A DNA stretch of 64,000 nt from Candidatus Omnitrophota bacterium (GCA_945877765.1 CAMDWQ010000010.1:5679-69678); one strand, 5' to 3'; counted from the first letter of the stretch, positions 10,376 through 20,778 are shown. The notes: generated from the sequence alone by a model not told the origin. Translations and numbers: made by a program.

Positions 10376-11575
10376 ATGAGTGTACCGATGAAAAACAATT
10401 TTAATTTTAAAATAGCCCAGCGCATGGCAAAAGTTTCTCCTTCGGCCACCCTTAAGTTAACCTCTAAGGCCAAGGAGATGAAGGCCAAAGGCTTGCCGGT
10501 GATCAGTTTTGGGGCGGGCGAGCCTGATTTTGACACCCCTGGAGCGGTAAAGGATGAAGCGGTTCGTTGTCTGAACGCCGGCTTCACCAAATACACGCCT
10601 ACTTCTGGAATTCCAGAGCTTCGATCAGCGGTGTGTGAGAAGTTTTCTGAAGATCAGGGTCTTCGCTATTCGCCTGAGAATATTGTGATCTCTTGTGGTG
10701 CCAAGCACTCTTTGTACAACCTCTTTCAGGTGCTGTGTGAGGCAGGGGATGAAGTATTAATCCCGGCGCCCTACTGGGTGAGTTATCCTGAGATGGTCTA
10801 TCTTGCCGGCGGAACGCCCGTGTTTATTCCCACCTTGCAAAGTGAAGGCTTTCGCCTGACCCCCGAGAGGCTGCGTCAAGCACTCACGCCCAAAAGCAAG
10901 ATTTTGATACTCAATAGCCCCTCCAATCCCACTGGCGGCATTATGGAAGAAAGCGATTTGCGGGCGATTGCGGAGATTGTCGTTGAAAAAAACCTCATTT
11001 GCATTAGCGATGAAATCTATGAATATTATCTCTATGACAATAAAAAGCACGTTTCCATCGCGTCATTTAACGAGGAAATTAAGAAGCGAACCTTTGTAGT
11101 GAATGGCACTTCAAAAAGCTATTCGATGACAGGCTTGCGTATCGGTTATTTGGCGGGTGATGCGGAGGTCGTCAAAAAAATTGGCATTTTACAGGATCAT
11201 TCAACGTCTAATCCCACTTCTATTAGCCAAAAAATGGCCGTGGCGGCGCTGAAACTGCCAAAAACCTACCGCGAAGAGGTGCGTCAAATATTTGAAAAAA
11301 GAAGCCGCTTGATGGTGGAGCTTATTTCTAAAGCCAAAGGGTTTAAACCGTTTGTGCCGCAGGGCGCGTTCTACGTGTTTTGTGATATTGAGAGCATCGG
11401 GCTTGGTTCGGAGGTATTGTGTGACCGTCTTTTGGAAGAGATTAACGTTGCTGTCATTCCGGGAAAAAGTTTTGGATCCGACAAGCATGTGCGTTTTAGT
11501 TTTGCCTCGAGCGAGAAAGATATTTTAGAGGGTATCGGACGGATCACGGATTGGACGAATAAAATAATTGGATAA
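10376..11575 (+). CDS. aspC: PLP-dependent aminotransferase class I/II (aspartate aminotransferase-like)
   Basis: GEPDFDTP, NSPSNPTG, SDEIYE, SKSYSMTGLRIGY; start may be 10388. Confidence 0.9.
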   Translation: MSVPMKNNFNFKIAQRMAKVSPSATLKLTSKAKEMKAKGLPVISFGAGEPDFDTPGAVKDEAVRCLNAGFTKYTPTSGIPELRSAVCEKFSEDQGLRYSPENIVISCGAKHSLYNLFQVLCEAGDEVLIPAPYWVSYPEMVYLAGGTPVFIPTLQSEGFRLTPERLRQALTPKSKILILNSPSNPTGGIMEESDLRAIAEIVVEKNLICISDEIYEYYLYDNKKHVSIASFNEEIKKRTFVVNGTSKSYSMTGLRIGYLAGDAEVVKKIGILQDHSTSNPTSISQKMAVAALKLPKTYREEVRQIFEKRSRLMVELISKAKGFKPFVPQGAFYVFCDIESIGLGSEVLCDRLLEEINVAVIPGKSFGSDKHVRFSFASSEKDILEGIGRITDWTNKIIG

Positions 11576-11620
11576 AAGATTAAAATAATAGATAAAAAAT
11601 AGAGAAGGGCAAGAAAAAAA

Positions 11621-12706
11621 ATGGCAAAAAAAATTACATTGATCCCCGGAGACGGAATTGGGCCTGAGGTATCTCTAGCCATGCAGCGCTGCGTGGATGC
11701 TACTGGCGTGGCGATTGAGTGGGAGATAGAGCATGCCGGAACGGATATCATGGAAAAGAAAGGCACACCGTTGCCTCAGGAAGTGCTCGATTCTGTGCGC
11801 AGGAATAAAGTGGCCATTAAAGGCCCTGTCACCACGCCCGTGGGATCTGGTTTTCGTTCTGTCAATGTAGCGCTTCGAAAAGAATTGGATCTTTACGCCT
11901 GTCTTCGTCCCTGCAAACTTTATCCCGGGGTCAAGAGCCGCTACGAAAACATTAATTTGTATATTGTCCGTGAAAATACAGAAGATCTTTATGCTGGGAT
12001 TGAATTTGAAGCTAAAAGCGCCGAATGTGAGCAGCTGATTGAAAAAATTAAACAGCTAAATCCAAAAGCAGCAATGCATCCCAACCCGGCGATTAGTATT
12101 AAGCCGATTTCTGAGTTTGGAACAAGGCGTATTGTTAAGGCAGCCTTTGAGACGGCCATTAAAAATAATCGGAAAAAAGTTACTGCGGTGCACAAAGCCA
12201 ATATCATGAAGTGTACTGACGGGCTTTTTCTGCGTGTTGCGCGCGAAGTGGCTAAGGAATATGAGGGGAAGATTCAATTTGAAGAGCGCATTGTCGATAA
12301 TATGTGCATGCAGTTGGTCCAATACCCCAACGATTATGATGTGTTGGTACTGCCCAATCTTTACGGGGATATTCTCTCGGATCTTTGTGCAGGGCTCATT
12401 GGCGGGTTGGGGATAGCGCCAGGCGCCAACATTGGGGATGGCATCGCGCTTTTTGAAGCGACACACGGCAGTGCTCCCAAGTACAAGGGGCTCAACAAAG
12501 CCAATCCTACCGCGATGATTCTTTCTAGCGTCTTGATGCTTGAGTATATCGGTGAAAACAAGGCGGCCGAGCGGCTTGAGGAGGCTGTCGCGTTGGTACT
12601 CAAAGAGGGTAAGTCCGTCACCTATGATTTGAAAAAAGACCGCAACGACCCTACGGCTGTGGGCACCAGCCAGTTTGCGGATGCCATCATCAAAGCTTTG
12701 AAATAA
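11621..12706 (+). CDS. Isocitrate/isopropylmalate dehydrogenase family protein (NAD-IDH-like)
   Basis: IPGDGIGPEV, VRENTEDLY, VHKANIMK, NLYGDILSDL, FEATHGSAP. Confidence 0.9.
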   Translation: MAKKITLIPGDGIGPEVSLAMQRCVDATGVAIEWEIEHAGTDIMEKKGTPLPQEVLDSVRRNKVAIKGPVTTPVGSGFRSVNVALRKELDLYACLRPCKLYPGVKSRYENINLYIVRENTEDLYAGIEFEAKSAECEQLIEKIKQLNPKAAMHPNPAISIKPISEFGTRRIVKAAFETAIKNNRKKVTAVHKANIMKCTDGLFLRVAREVAKEYEGKIQFEERIVDNMCMQLVQYPNDYDVLVLPNLYGDILSDLCAGLIGGLGIAPGANIGDGIALFEATHGSAPKYKGLNKANPTAMILSSVLMLEYIGENKAAERLEEAVALVLKEGKSVTYDLKKDRNDPTAVGTSQFADAIIKALK

Positions 12707-12712
12707 ATCACC

Positions 12713-13657
12713 ATGTCTCGCCTTTTAGAGAAAATCGTTGCATCCGAGCGTCGTTTACCGGATTGGTTGAAACGCGACCTTTCTCCGGGGCTGGAAGCAC
12801 CTAAAACAGACGCTCTTTTAAAAGAGCTGGGGCTTCATACCATTTGCGAAAGCGGGCGATGCCCCAACCGTAATGAGTGCTATTCCCAGAAAACCGCTAC
12901 TTTCATGATCATGGGCGATACTTGCACGCGTACCTGCAAATTTTGCTCGGTGAGCATGGGGCGCCCTGAAGTGTTGGATAAGGATGAGCCGCGCCGTGTG
13001 GCAGAGGCGACAAGCCGCTTGGGTCTTAAGCACGTGGTCGTGACGTCGGTGAACCGTGATGATTTGGAAGATGAGGGTGCGGGTCATTTTGTGAATGTGA
13101 TTTCGGAGTTAAAAAAAATATCCCCTGAGCTCATCATTGAAATTTTAACCCCTGATTTTAAACGCACCCAGATGCTTGCCGTACGAAAAATCATGGAGGC
13201 GGGCCCCGATATTTTTAATCACAATGTGGAAACAGTGCCGCGGCTTTACCGGGGCGTGCGGCCGCAGGCGGTGTATGAAAAGTCGCTTCAGATTTTTCGT
13301 GAAATTCGTGCGGTGTCCTCAAAGGTGTTGACCAAGAGTGGGCTCATGCTGGGCCTGGGAGAAAAAAAAGAAGAAGTTTTAGCTGTTCTTGGGGATTTGC
13401 GCGCGCATGGATGCGACATGCTAACGCTGGGGCAGTATTTGCAGTCGAGCACCTTTGGTCTGCCAGTCGCGGAATACATCCATCCCGACACGTTTAAGAA
13501 TTATAAGCAAGAAGCGCTCAAAATAGGATTTACTTGGGTGGAGAGCGCGCCGTATGTACGAAGCTCTTTTCATGCCAAGGAGTCTTTCGAAGCCCTGTCT
13601 CGGTCCATATCCGCCAGAAAGAAGGCGGACTCGTCCATCGGCGAGCAGCAAAGCTAG
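12713..13657 (+). CDS. lipA: Lipoyl synthase
   Basis: CESGRCPNRNEC plus CTRTCKFC radical SAM motif, VRSSFHA. Confidence 0.96.
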   Translation: MSRLLEKIVASERRLPDWLKRDLSPGLEAPKTDALLKELGLHTICESGRCPNRNECYSQKTATFMIMGDTCTRTCKFCSVSMGRPEVLDKDEPRRVAEATSRLGLKHVVVTSVNRDDLEDEGAGHFVNVISELKKISPELIIEILTPDFKRTQMLAVRKIMEAGPDIFNHNVETVPRLYRGVRPQAVYEKSLQIFREIRAVSSKVLTKSGLMLGLGEKKEEVLAVLGDLRAHGCDMLTLGQYLQSSTFGLPVAEYIHPDTFKNYKQEALKIGFTWVESAPYVRSSFHAKESFEALSRSISARKKADSSIGEQQS

Positions 13658-13663
13658 TTTTCG

Positions 13664-14344
13664 GTGAAGCCCCAAGACGTCTGCGTTATTATTCCCGGGT
13701 ACAACGAAGCTAAAAATATTCCTCGTGTCGTGACCGCCGTTAAAAATCTTGGCTTCCCCGTGCTTGTTGTGGACGATGGCTCCAAGGATGATATGGCCGC
13801 CCAAGCACGCCTGGCAGGGGCCCACGTTTTTTCCTATGCTCCCAACGAAGGAAAAGGGGCAGCGATACGCCGGGGGATTGAATGGTTTCTCAAAAAAACT
13901 TCCTACCAAGCCGTCGTTTTTATGGATTCCGATGGCCAACATGATGCGGCAGATTTACCAATTTTTCTAAAAGCGCTTGAAAATCCAGAAATTGATTTGG
14001 TGATTGGTAACCGGATGAATAATCCCAAAGGCATGCCTTTTGTTCGGCGCCATACCAATGTCATCATGTCCGCCCTAATTTCAGCCGCTGCGGGGCAGAA
14101 GGTGCCGGATACTCAGTGTGGTTACCGCGCCGCCAAACGTGAGGCGATCGGACGGCTTCAGCTTGAGAGCAGTCGTTTTGAAATTGAGTCAGAAATGATT
14201 CTTGAAGCGGCGCGCACGCATTCACGCATCTCATCAGTGCCCGTCCGTTCAGTCTACGAGGGCGGCACAAGTCACATCCATCCTTTGCGTGATACAGTAC
14301 GTTTTTTTAAATTTTTATTTAAATACCTTGCTTGCCGTAAATAA
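13664..14344 (+). CDS. Glycosyltransferase family 2 (DPM synthase-like)
   Basis: IIPGYNE, VVDDGSKD, MDSDGQH, DTQCGYR. Confidence 0.9.
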   Translation: MKPQDVCVIIPGYNEAKNIPRVVTAVKNLGFPVLVVDDGSKDDMAAQARLAGAHVFSYAPNEGKGAAIRRGIEWFLKKTSYQAVVFMDSDGQHDAADLPIFLKALENPEIDLVIGNRMNNPKGMPFVRRHTNVIMSALISAAAGQKVPDTQCGYRAAKREAIGRLQLESSRFEIESEMILEAARTHSRISSVPVRSVYEGGTSHIHPLRDTVRFFKFLFKYLACRK

Positions 14345-14376
14345 ATTTACTAGACTGATCTCGACAATTAAATAAC

Positions 14377-14549
14377 AAAGATGACGGTGAGCCCCTAACC
14401 GGGCCTTAATAGGGAAGGCTGTGAAAATCAGCCGCGGTCCCGCCGCTGTAACCTCTATAGTTTTACTTTCGTTGAGAATGCCACTGTGAGAGTTTTCATG
14501 GGAAGGCCAAACGAAAGAAGAGGGAGTCAGAAAACCTGCCATCATCTTT
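14377..14549 (+). promoter_or_regulatory. Cobalamin riboswitch
   Basis: Conserved blocks aatagggaa, cggtcccgccgctgtaa, gccactg..gggaagg and the B12 box gagtcagaaaacctgcc; terminal stem aaagatga/tcatcttt; directly upstream of a TonB receptor. Confidence 0.93.
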
Positions 14550-14582
14550 TCAAGATCAACCTTTCTTTACGAGGCATAAAGA

Positions 14583-16772
14583 ATGAAAAAATCCCTATTG
14601 GTTTCCTATTCCTGCACGTTCCTACTTCTTTTTTCTACTGCAAGCCAAGTATTGGCTGATGACCCAAAAAAAAGTAAACCAAATAACAATCAAACCCTAT
14701 TAACACTTCCTTTTGACGCCGCCGAGAAATTGATTGGGGCGACGTTTGATTTGGGAGGTATTTTTGTGGGAAGTAAGCGGTTGGCGAGTCCTTTTGGTGA
14801 GTTTGTATCGGACTCGGTGAGCTCCACGAGTGTGGTCACTCGAAAAGACATCGAGCGCTCCGGCTCAAGAAATGTTCCGGAGGCTTTGAACGAAATACCC
14901 GGAGTAGCTTTGACGGATTTGGTTGGTAACGGCGAAGAGCCGACGGTTGATTTTCGCGGCTTCAATGAGGGCGGGGATGTGGTCTATCTTTTAGAAGGCG
15001 TGCGCCTGAACGAACCCAAATCCAACAACATGAATTTCCCTCTCATTCCCACCAGCCTCATCGAGCGGATCGAAATTAGCCGCGGGAGTTCGTCGTTTCT
15101 TTATGGGGAGGGGGCCGTCGGCGGGACGGTGAATTTTGCGGGCCGGGCGCCTAAAAAAGACGGCTTTTTTGGCGAGGCCACAAGTCTTGTGGGAAGTTTC
15201 GGCCAGTGGGGTGAGAGTTTAGAAACAGGTTTTAGAAAAGAAAGCGTTTCTCTGTATCTAACCGGTGATGTTTATCACACGCGGGGTTTTCGTCAAAATA
15301 CCTCCGTCGAAAAAGAAAGTTTCTATACCAAAGGGTCGTGGGAAGTCTCCGAGAAAATCGGGCTGGGTCTTACGTATCTGCATGGCAGGGCTCATTTGGA
15401 CCGCTCGGGAAGCATCCGCGAGACGTATTTGCGGCTCTACGGCCCCGAAGCCACGGAGCGGCCGCGCAACTTTTCCGAACTTCAGTCGGACCTTGGCATT
15501 CTGGATTTCCGGCTGATGCCTCTAGAGGAAGTGGCGCTGACCGGGAATGTTTTTTTAAGAGACACAGCGGAGTTGTCGGTGGCCAATTTTGCCACTTTTG
15601 AAAGAGCTGACAATGAACTGGATCTGAATACGAGCAGTTGGGGCACTACTTTCCAGGCCGAGCATTCGAAGGAAATCCCCTGGAAATTAAAAGAGGATTT
15701 TCTTGTAGGGATGGATTATACCCATCACGATATTGATGAAGAAGATTTTAACCGCTCCAAATCGACTTTGCAGCGCCTGGCGCGCACGGTGGATTCGGAT
15801 TCAACGAAAGATGCTACGGGGATTTTTTCAAAGTTGGCCGTATCTTGGAATGAACGTGCGGGCGCTTATTACGGCGCACGGTACGACTGGATTGGGTTTC
15901 GAAATAACGATAGAATCAACCTTCAGAATAATGAACCTACCGATATTTCAAAACTAAGCCAGTCGGCCGGTGCTTCCTATCAGATTTTCGAGCCCTTGGC
16001 TGCTTCCGTCACGTACAGCCATTCGTTTAAAGCGCCAGCACTTAGCGATCTTTACGCGAATCCACTTTTTGGCGGAAATCCCGCTTTGAGGCCGGAGGAA
16101 TCTTCGGATTACGAAGCGGGACTCCGCTGGAAGCAGGGCGGAGTGATGCTTAAAAATACCTGGTTTTTAATCCGCCGGACCAATGAAATTGGTTTTGATC
16201 CAGGATTGACGGATGCCGAGCATCTTTTTGGCCGTAATAATAATTTTGGAAAGACCGAGCGTGTCGGTGTCGAGAATTTTGCGGAATGGAAACCCGTATC
16301 TTCTGCGAGGCTACGTATTTCTCATACGTACACGGAAGCGGTTTTTAAATCCAACCTAACCCCGGATCCATTTGCGACAGACCCTTTTGAAAACCAGATC
16401 AGCGGCGACCATATTCCGATGGTTCCGCGTAACCGTTTTACTGCGGATATCTGGGTAGAGCCAGTCAAAAATCTAGAATTGGATTTGGGCATGGTTTCCG
16501 TAGCCAAGCAGGTCTTGACGAACGATTTAAACAACGACCGCAACGGCCGCCGGCTCCCGGCGTATTTGGTTTTTAATTTTAGGACGTTTTATACATGTGG
16601 GCAATGGCGCTTTTCTTTTGAAGTCGATAATTTACTCGATGAGCGCTACGAGAGCGGCGGTAGTCTGGGGTTGGCGCCTTCTAGTTTTAATTCGGATCAC
16701 ACCGTAGAAGACAATTTTTTTGTGCCGGCGCCTGGGCGAAGCTATGCAGTGACGGTTAGCTATTCGTGGTAA
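14583..16772 (+). CDS. TonB-dependent receptor, probably cobalamin (BtuB-like)
   Basis: Signal peptide, plug (IERIEISRGSSSFLYGEGAVGGTVN), NLLDERY...GRSY..SYSW terminus; B12 riboswitch upstream. Confidence 0.9.
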   Translation: MKKSLLVSYSCTFLLLFSTASQVLADDPKKSKPNNNQTLLTLPFDAAEKLIGATFDLGGIFVGSKRLASPFGEFVSDSVSSTSVVTRKDIERSGSRNVPEALNEIPGVALTDLVGNGEEPTVDFRGFNEGGDVVYLLEGVRLNEPKSNNMNFPLIPTSLIERIEISRGSSSFLYGEGAVGGTVNFAGRAPKKDGFFGEATSLVGSFGQWGESLETGFRKESVSLYLTGDVYHTRGFRQNTSVEKESFYTKGSWEVSEKIGLGLTYLHGRAHLDRSGSIRETYLRLYGPEATERPRNFSELQSDLGILDFRLMPLEEVALTGNVFLRDTAELSVANFATFERADNELDLNTSSWGTTFQAEHSKEIPWKLKEDFLVGMDYTHHDIDEEDFNRSKSTLQRLARTVDSDSTKDATGIFSKLAVSWNERAGAYYGARYDWIGFRNNDRINLQNNEPTDISKLSQSAGASYQIFEPLAASVTYSHSFKAPALSDLYANPLFGGNPALRPEESSDYEAGLRWKQGGVMLKNTWFLIRRTNEIGFDPGLTDAEHLFGRNNNFGKTERVGVENFAEWKPVSSARLRISHTYTEAVFKSNLTPDPFATDPFENQISGDHIPMVPRNRFTADIWVEPVKNLELDLGMVSVAKQVLTNDLNNDRNGRRLPAYLVFNFRTFYTCGQWRFSFEVDNLLDERYESGGSLGLAPSSFNSDHTVEDNFFVPAPGRSYAVTVSYSW

Positions 16773-16845
16773 ACACAACCTTTTAAGAAATCTTGTAATA
16801 GGTGTATACACATAGTATACTTACATCAGAACTAAGGAGGCAAAA

Positions 16846-17076
16846 ATGCCCAATATGACTTTAGCGATTCCGGCTGATTTAAAAGAAACGATGGACCATT
16901 TTAAGGAAATAAACTGGTCTGAGGTAGCCCGTCAGGCTATTCGTGAGAAGGCATTCTTACTGGAGAAGATGAATCATTTTTTCTCTAAAAGTAAACTTAC
17001 GGAAGCGGATATAGAAAAATACGGTCGCCAGATCAAAAAGAGCGTCTGGAAGAAACATAAAGCGGCAACTGCTTAA
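16846..17076 (+). CDS. RHH-type antitoxin (VapB-like)
   Basis: MPNMTLAIP..LK...INWSEVARQAI; precedes a PIN gene; upstream palindrome gtgtatacac. Confidence 0.75.
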   Translation: MPNMTLAIPADLKETMDHFKEINWSEVARQAIREKAFLLEKMNHFFSKSKLTEADIEKYGRQIKKSVWKKHKAATA

Positions 17077-17079
17077 AAA

Positions 17080-17352
17080 TTGGAACTAGTCGTAGACGCT
17101 AATGTTCTTTTAGCCGCTCTCCTTAAAGGAGCGCTCACTCGAGAGCTACTTTTTGACAGCCGCTTTAAACTTTACGCTCCGGAACACTTAGTACTTGAAA
17201 TTCAACTTTTGCTTAAGCGCAATCTTTCAATTCAAAGAAGAACTGGATTGTCGGGAAAGGCATTGGAAGAAGTTTTCCATTTCTTGACCCAGAAAATAGA
17301 AATGCACCCGGAAAGCACCTACTCTTTGCATGTAGTGGCCACGTCTGTCTAG
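17080..17352 (+). pseudogene. Truncated PIN-domain toxin (VapC-like)
   Basis: LVVDANVLLAAL PIN start; only 90 aa and lacks the C-terminal acidic motifs. Confidence 0.7.
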
Positions 17353-17586
17353 ACCATTTTTAATACCAGATAATATTTGACAGGGCATAGTTTCATCGTA
17401 TATTCTCCCATTAGATTTGTTCCCCGTCTGACTTGCCCAAAAGGCCTCGGACGGGGTTATTTGTTTTAAGCGTACGGGGAGGGATCGTGCCAGACAGTGT
17501 AAAGAAGGTGTAGATTTTGTTGATGACCAAAATTTATTTTATGCTATCAGGGGAGTTTTTGGTCGAGGAGTTTATTGAATGGATTC

Positions 17587-17847
17587 TTAGAGATTTTTGT
17601 AGGAGTCTTTTCTGTTTTTTACTAAGTGGATATGAATTTGTTTATCTTTTGTGTTGGGAGAGTAGAGGATTCGGTAGTCTCCCTGTTGTAATCGGTAGAG
17701 ATTGTCTTTTCCGGATATTTTCTTGGTGCCGCTTGGAAATGGATTCTCAGAGAGGCCTTTGAAAACCTCTTTTATTTTTTTGACATCGTGGTCCGGGATC
17801 TTATCGAGCTCCTTGAAAATCTTTTTCTCATAAAAAATTTGGTACAT
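17587..17847 (-). CDS. RelE/ParE family toxin
   Basis: LSENPFPSGTKKISG..NLYRLQQGDYRILY. Confidence 0.88.
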   Translation of the reverse strand: MYQIFYEKKIFKELDKIPDHDVKKIKEVFKGLSENPFPSGTKKISGKDNLYRLQQGDYRILYSPNTKDKQIHIHLVKNRKDSYKNL

Positions 17848-18098
17848 TACCGAATGTTTCTTTTGGAGAGATATTGATCAAACTCCTTCTGAGAAACATA
17901 TTCAGCTGTTTTTAGACCAGCTTGAACCATGGAAATATCCTGGCTGTCTTGAGCGGTTTCCCGAAGCATTTCCTGGATGGCTTGGGTAATAAAATAGCCC
18001 ATTTTGATCCCATGATTTTTGCAGTATTCAGATAGTTTGTTTTTCAGGTCCATTGGAATCCTAGCAGATAAGAAAACTTGTTGGGCATGAACGGCCAT
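17847..18098 (-). CDS. Antitoxin (RHH-like) of the RelE pair
   Basis: FLSARIPMDLKNKLSEYC; coupled to relE. Confidence 0.75.
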   Translation of the reverse strand: MAVHAQQVFLSARIPMDLKNKLSEYCKNHGIKMGYFITQAIQEMLRETAQDSQDISMVQAGLKTAEYVSQKEFDQYLSKRNIR

Positions 18099-18129
18099 GG
18101 TGTCCCCCTTTGTTGTGTTATTATCTAAA

Positions 18130-18158
18130 AATATATCATTTTATCACGCATCTGTCAA
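18130..18158 (-). promoter_or_regulatory. Sigma70-type promoter of the TA pair
   Basis: TTGACA-17 nt-TATATT on the minus strand. Confidence 0.65.
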
Positions 18159-18197
18159 TAGAGTCAGGATGTTTTTTTTAGGGTATAATGTTCTCCT

Positions 18198-18866
18198 ATG
18201 AGGACTACAACCGCCGCCATTTTATTTTCTTTTTCAGCGCATGCTTTTTTGGGGTACTCCCTATTGCCGGGCATGCTGGGTGACTCCGCGCCGACTTCGG
18301 AGCCAATTCCCATTGCTCTTGTCCGCTATGAAAAGCCTCTTTCTGTTGAAAAGGTAGTTTCCGTTCCGGCTCTCCCGGTGAAGCAGACTCCGGTTGGCAA
18401 AAAGATCGAAGCGCGCCCAGAGCCTTCAAAAGTGATTGCTGCAAAATTGGCGGCATTGCCTGTACCAATTGCAGCTAAAAAGGAAACTTCCGCGTCGGGG
18501 GCAGCTCCATTGGCCGATCGGCCTAAGACGGCCATGGATTTTATGACGGACCCCCAGAAGGGAAAAGTTTTTTTTAGCTATTTTGGAAAGCTCAAGGAAA
18601 AGATACACCTCAACCTTCGCCGAAAATACCAGCAGGCTGATGATGCTCTGGGTGTCGTAACCATCCTTTTTGTATTAAATCCCGATGGTTCTTTGGTGAA
18701 AGCAAACGTGATTACAAAGGAGTCGGATGCCGCAGAACCTCTTCAGCGCATGGCTCTGGATTCGCTCAAGCGCTCCGCACCCTTTGGTGGTTTTCCCCGT
18801 GAGTTGGGAAATGTTCCCGTGGCCTTTAGTTTGAAAGTTTACTTTGATGAATTGAGGGAGGGATAG
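18198..18866 (+). CDS. TonB family protein (energy transducer, TonB C-terminal domain)
   Basis: N-terminal TM with S..AH, Pro/Ala-rich linker, GVVTILFVLNPDGSL...SAPFGGFP. Confidence 0.75.
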   Translation: MRTTTAAILFSFSAHAFLGYSLLPGMLGDSAPTSEPIPIALVRYEKPLSVEKVVSVPALPVKQTPVGKKIEARPEPSKVIAAKLAALPVPIAAKKETSASGAAPLADRPKTAMDFMTDPQKGKVFFSYFGKLKEKIHLNLRRKYQQADDALGVVTILFVLNPDGSLVKANVITKESDAAEPLQRMALDSLKRSAPFGGFPRELGNVPVAFSLKVYFDELREG

Positions 18867-18867
18867 A

Positions 18868-20778
18868 GTGGAGATAAAAAAGATGACATCCAAAATAGCA
18901 CCTGAAATTTTAAAGCAGAAGACCCCCTTCCTTTTATGGGTCCTTTTGGTGTTGGCGCTTGCTGTCAAGATTTTGTACTTAAAATCCAGCATGGGCGGGC
19001 CTTTTTATGATCCGCTTCTTTTGGATCCTAAATATTACCACCAGTGGGCTCTGCGTCTGGTTGGGGGTCAGTGGGATACCGGCGTGTTTTATGGCTTGCC
19101 TCTTTACCCTTATTTTCTAGCACTCTGCTACAAGGTTTCCGACAATTCCCTTTTATTTGTGAAGTCGTTTCAAATCGCCCTGGGGATGGGGACGCTATTT
19201 CTTATTTATAAAATTGGCTGTAAACTTCGGGATGTAAAAGTAGGGTTGTTGGCGGTTTTTTTTGCGGGGATTTACGGACCTCTATTTTTTAATGAGACGG
19301 TCTTGATTGCCGAGACGCTCAGTTTGCCGCTTTATGCCTTGTCATTTCTGTGTGTGTTGAGATTTATAGACGAGATCAATTTTAAAAATGCTATTTTTTT
19401 AGGCTTGGCCGCGGGTCTGGCGACTCTGACAAAGGCCGGTATCTTGCTTTTTATGACGCTCTTTTTTATATATTTATTTTTTTGTACATTGGGGAAAAAA
19501 GGCAAGCTATCGGCGGTGCTTGTTTGCCTTTTGTTTTATTTTGGAATATTGGCGCCGGTCACTATTCATAATTTTGTGCGGGGACAAGATCACGTTTTTC
19601 TTACTTCCCATGCCGGGTTTAATTTTTATATTGGTAATAACAGCCAATCTCAAGGCGTCTTTGTGGCCCCCGAAGGTACTGGATCCAATGTGGAGGCTCA
19701 AATTGCCGACTCGCGGCAAGTCGCTGAGGAGGAGATGGGCCGGCCGCTAAAACCATCGGAGATTTCTAATTTTTGGGCCCAGAAAGCATGGAGTTTTATT
19801 CGCGGAAACCCCAGGCAGTTTGCGGAGCTTTGCGGGAGAAAATTGGCGCTCTTTTTTGATAGTCGCGAGATTTCTGATGTGGATGATTATCAATTTGGAG
19901 CCAAGATTAATGAATTTCTTCAGATTCCCTGGATGAATTTTGCGGTGCTGGGGCCGCTGGTGTTCATGGGTTTTGTGTCGCTCATGCGCCAGCCGGGGTA
20001 TCGGGTGGTGACTTTTGCGTGGATAGGTACGTATTTGGTGGGACTGGTGAGTTTTTTTGTGACGGCACGTTATCGGCTACCACTTTTGCCTGTGTTTTTT
20101 CCTCTGGCGGCCATGGGGGTGTTGGATTTGTGGGAAAATTTAAAGAAATTTTCACTAATCAATAGCCTATTATTGCTGGCGGCGCTGGCAGGGGGCATTG
20201 TGGTTTCGAGGATGGAATTAGTCCATACCGATTGGTCCCGGAACTATATCAACGCTGGGGACGCGCTTTTGGAAAAAAGGGATACGCTGGCGGCCAAGGA
20301 TTTCTATAAGCAAGCTCTTGAAATTGACCCTTACTCGGGAAAGGCGAATCTGGCGATGGGTTTGGTGTTGACTCGGGAAGGCTCTTATGACGAAGCCAAG
20401 GATTACTATGTGCGAGCGATCGATATTGACCCCGAAAACTCCCAAGCTTTCAATAACCTGGGGCTTTGGTATGACCGCAAAGGCGAGGCGGATTCTGCCG
20501 AGAAATATTTTCTAAAGGCGATTGAGTTAAAGCCCAATTCTTCGCAGGCGCATAACAACCTAGGCATGGTTTACGGGAAACGCGGCGACAATGAGAAAGC
20601 GCTTAAAGAGTTTGAATTATCGCTGGCCCTCAACCCTAACAGCGCTCGAGCCAATACCAATTTGGGCTTGATTCTCCGGCGAGCGGGACAGACGGAGGAA
20701 GCCAGGCGGCTTTGGGAGAGGGCGCTAGAGATAGATCCTGAGTTTAATGAGGCCAAAAAGGCTTTAGAGCTTATTTAG
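18868..20778 (+). CDS. ArnT/PMT-like membrane glycosyltransferase with C-terminal TPRs
   Basis: DPKYYHQWA, PLYPYFLA, many TMs, ARYRLP; TPRs such as AFNNLG and AHNNLG. Confidence 0.8.
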   Translation: MEIKKMTSKIAPEILKQKTPFLLWVLLVLALAVKILYLKSSMGGPFYDPLLLDPKYYHQWALRLVGGQWDTGVFYGLPLYPYFLALCYKVSDNSLLFVKSFQIALGMGTLFLIYKIGCKLRDVKVGLLAVFFAGIYGPLFFNETVLIAETLSLPLYALSFLCVLRFIDEINFKNAIFLGLAAGLATLTKAGILLFMTLFFIYLFFCTLGKKGKLSAVLVCLLFYFGILAPVTIHNFVRGQDHVFLTSHAGFNFYIGNNSQSQGVFVAPEGTGSNVEAQIADSRQVAEEEMGRPLKPSEISNFWAQKAWSFIRGNPRQFAELCGRKLALFFDSREISDVDDYQFGAKINEFLQIPWMNFAVLGPLVFMGFVSLMRQPGYRVVTFAWIGTYLVGLVSFFVTARYRLPLLPVFFPLAAMGVLDLWENLKKFSLINSLLLLAALAGGIVVSRMELVHTDWSRNYINAGDALLEKRDTLAAKDFYKQALEIDPYSGKANLAMGLVLTREGSYDEAKDYYVRAIDIDPENSQAFNNLGLWYDRKGEADSAEKYFLKAIELKPNSSQAHNNLGMVYGKRGDNEKALKEFELSLALNPNSARANTNLGLILRRAGQTEEARRLWERALEIDPEFNEAKKALELI

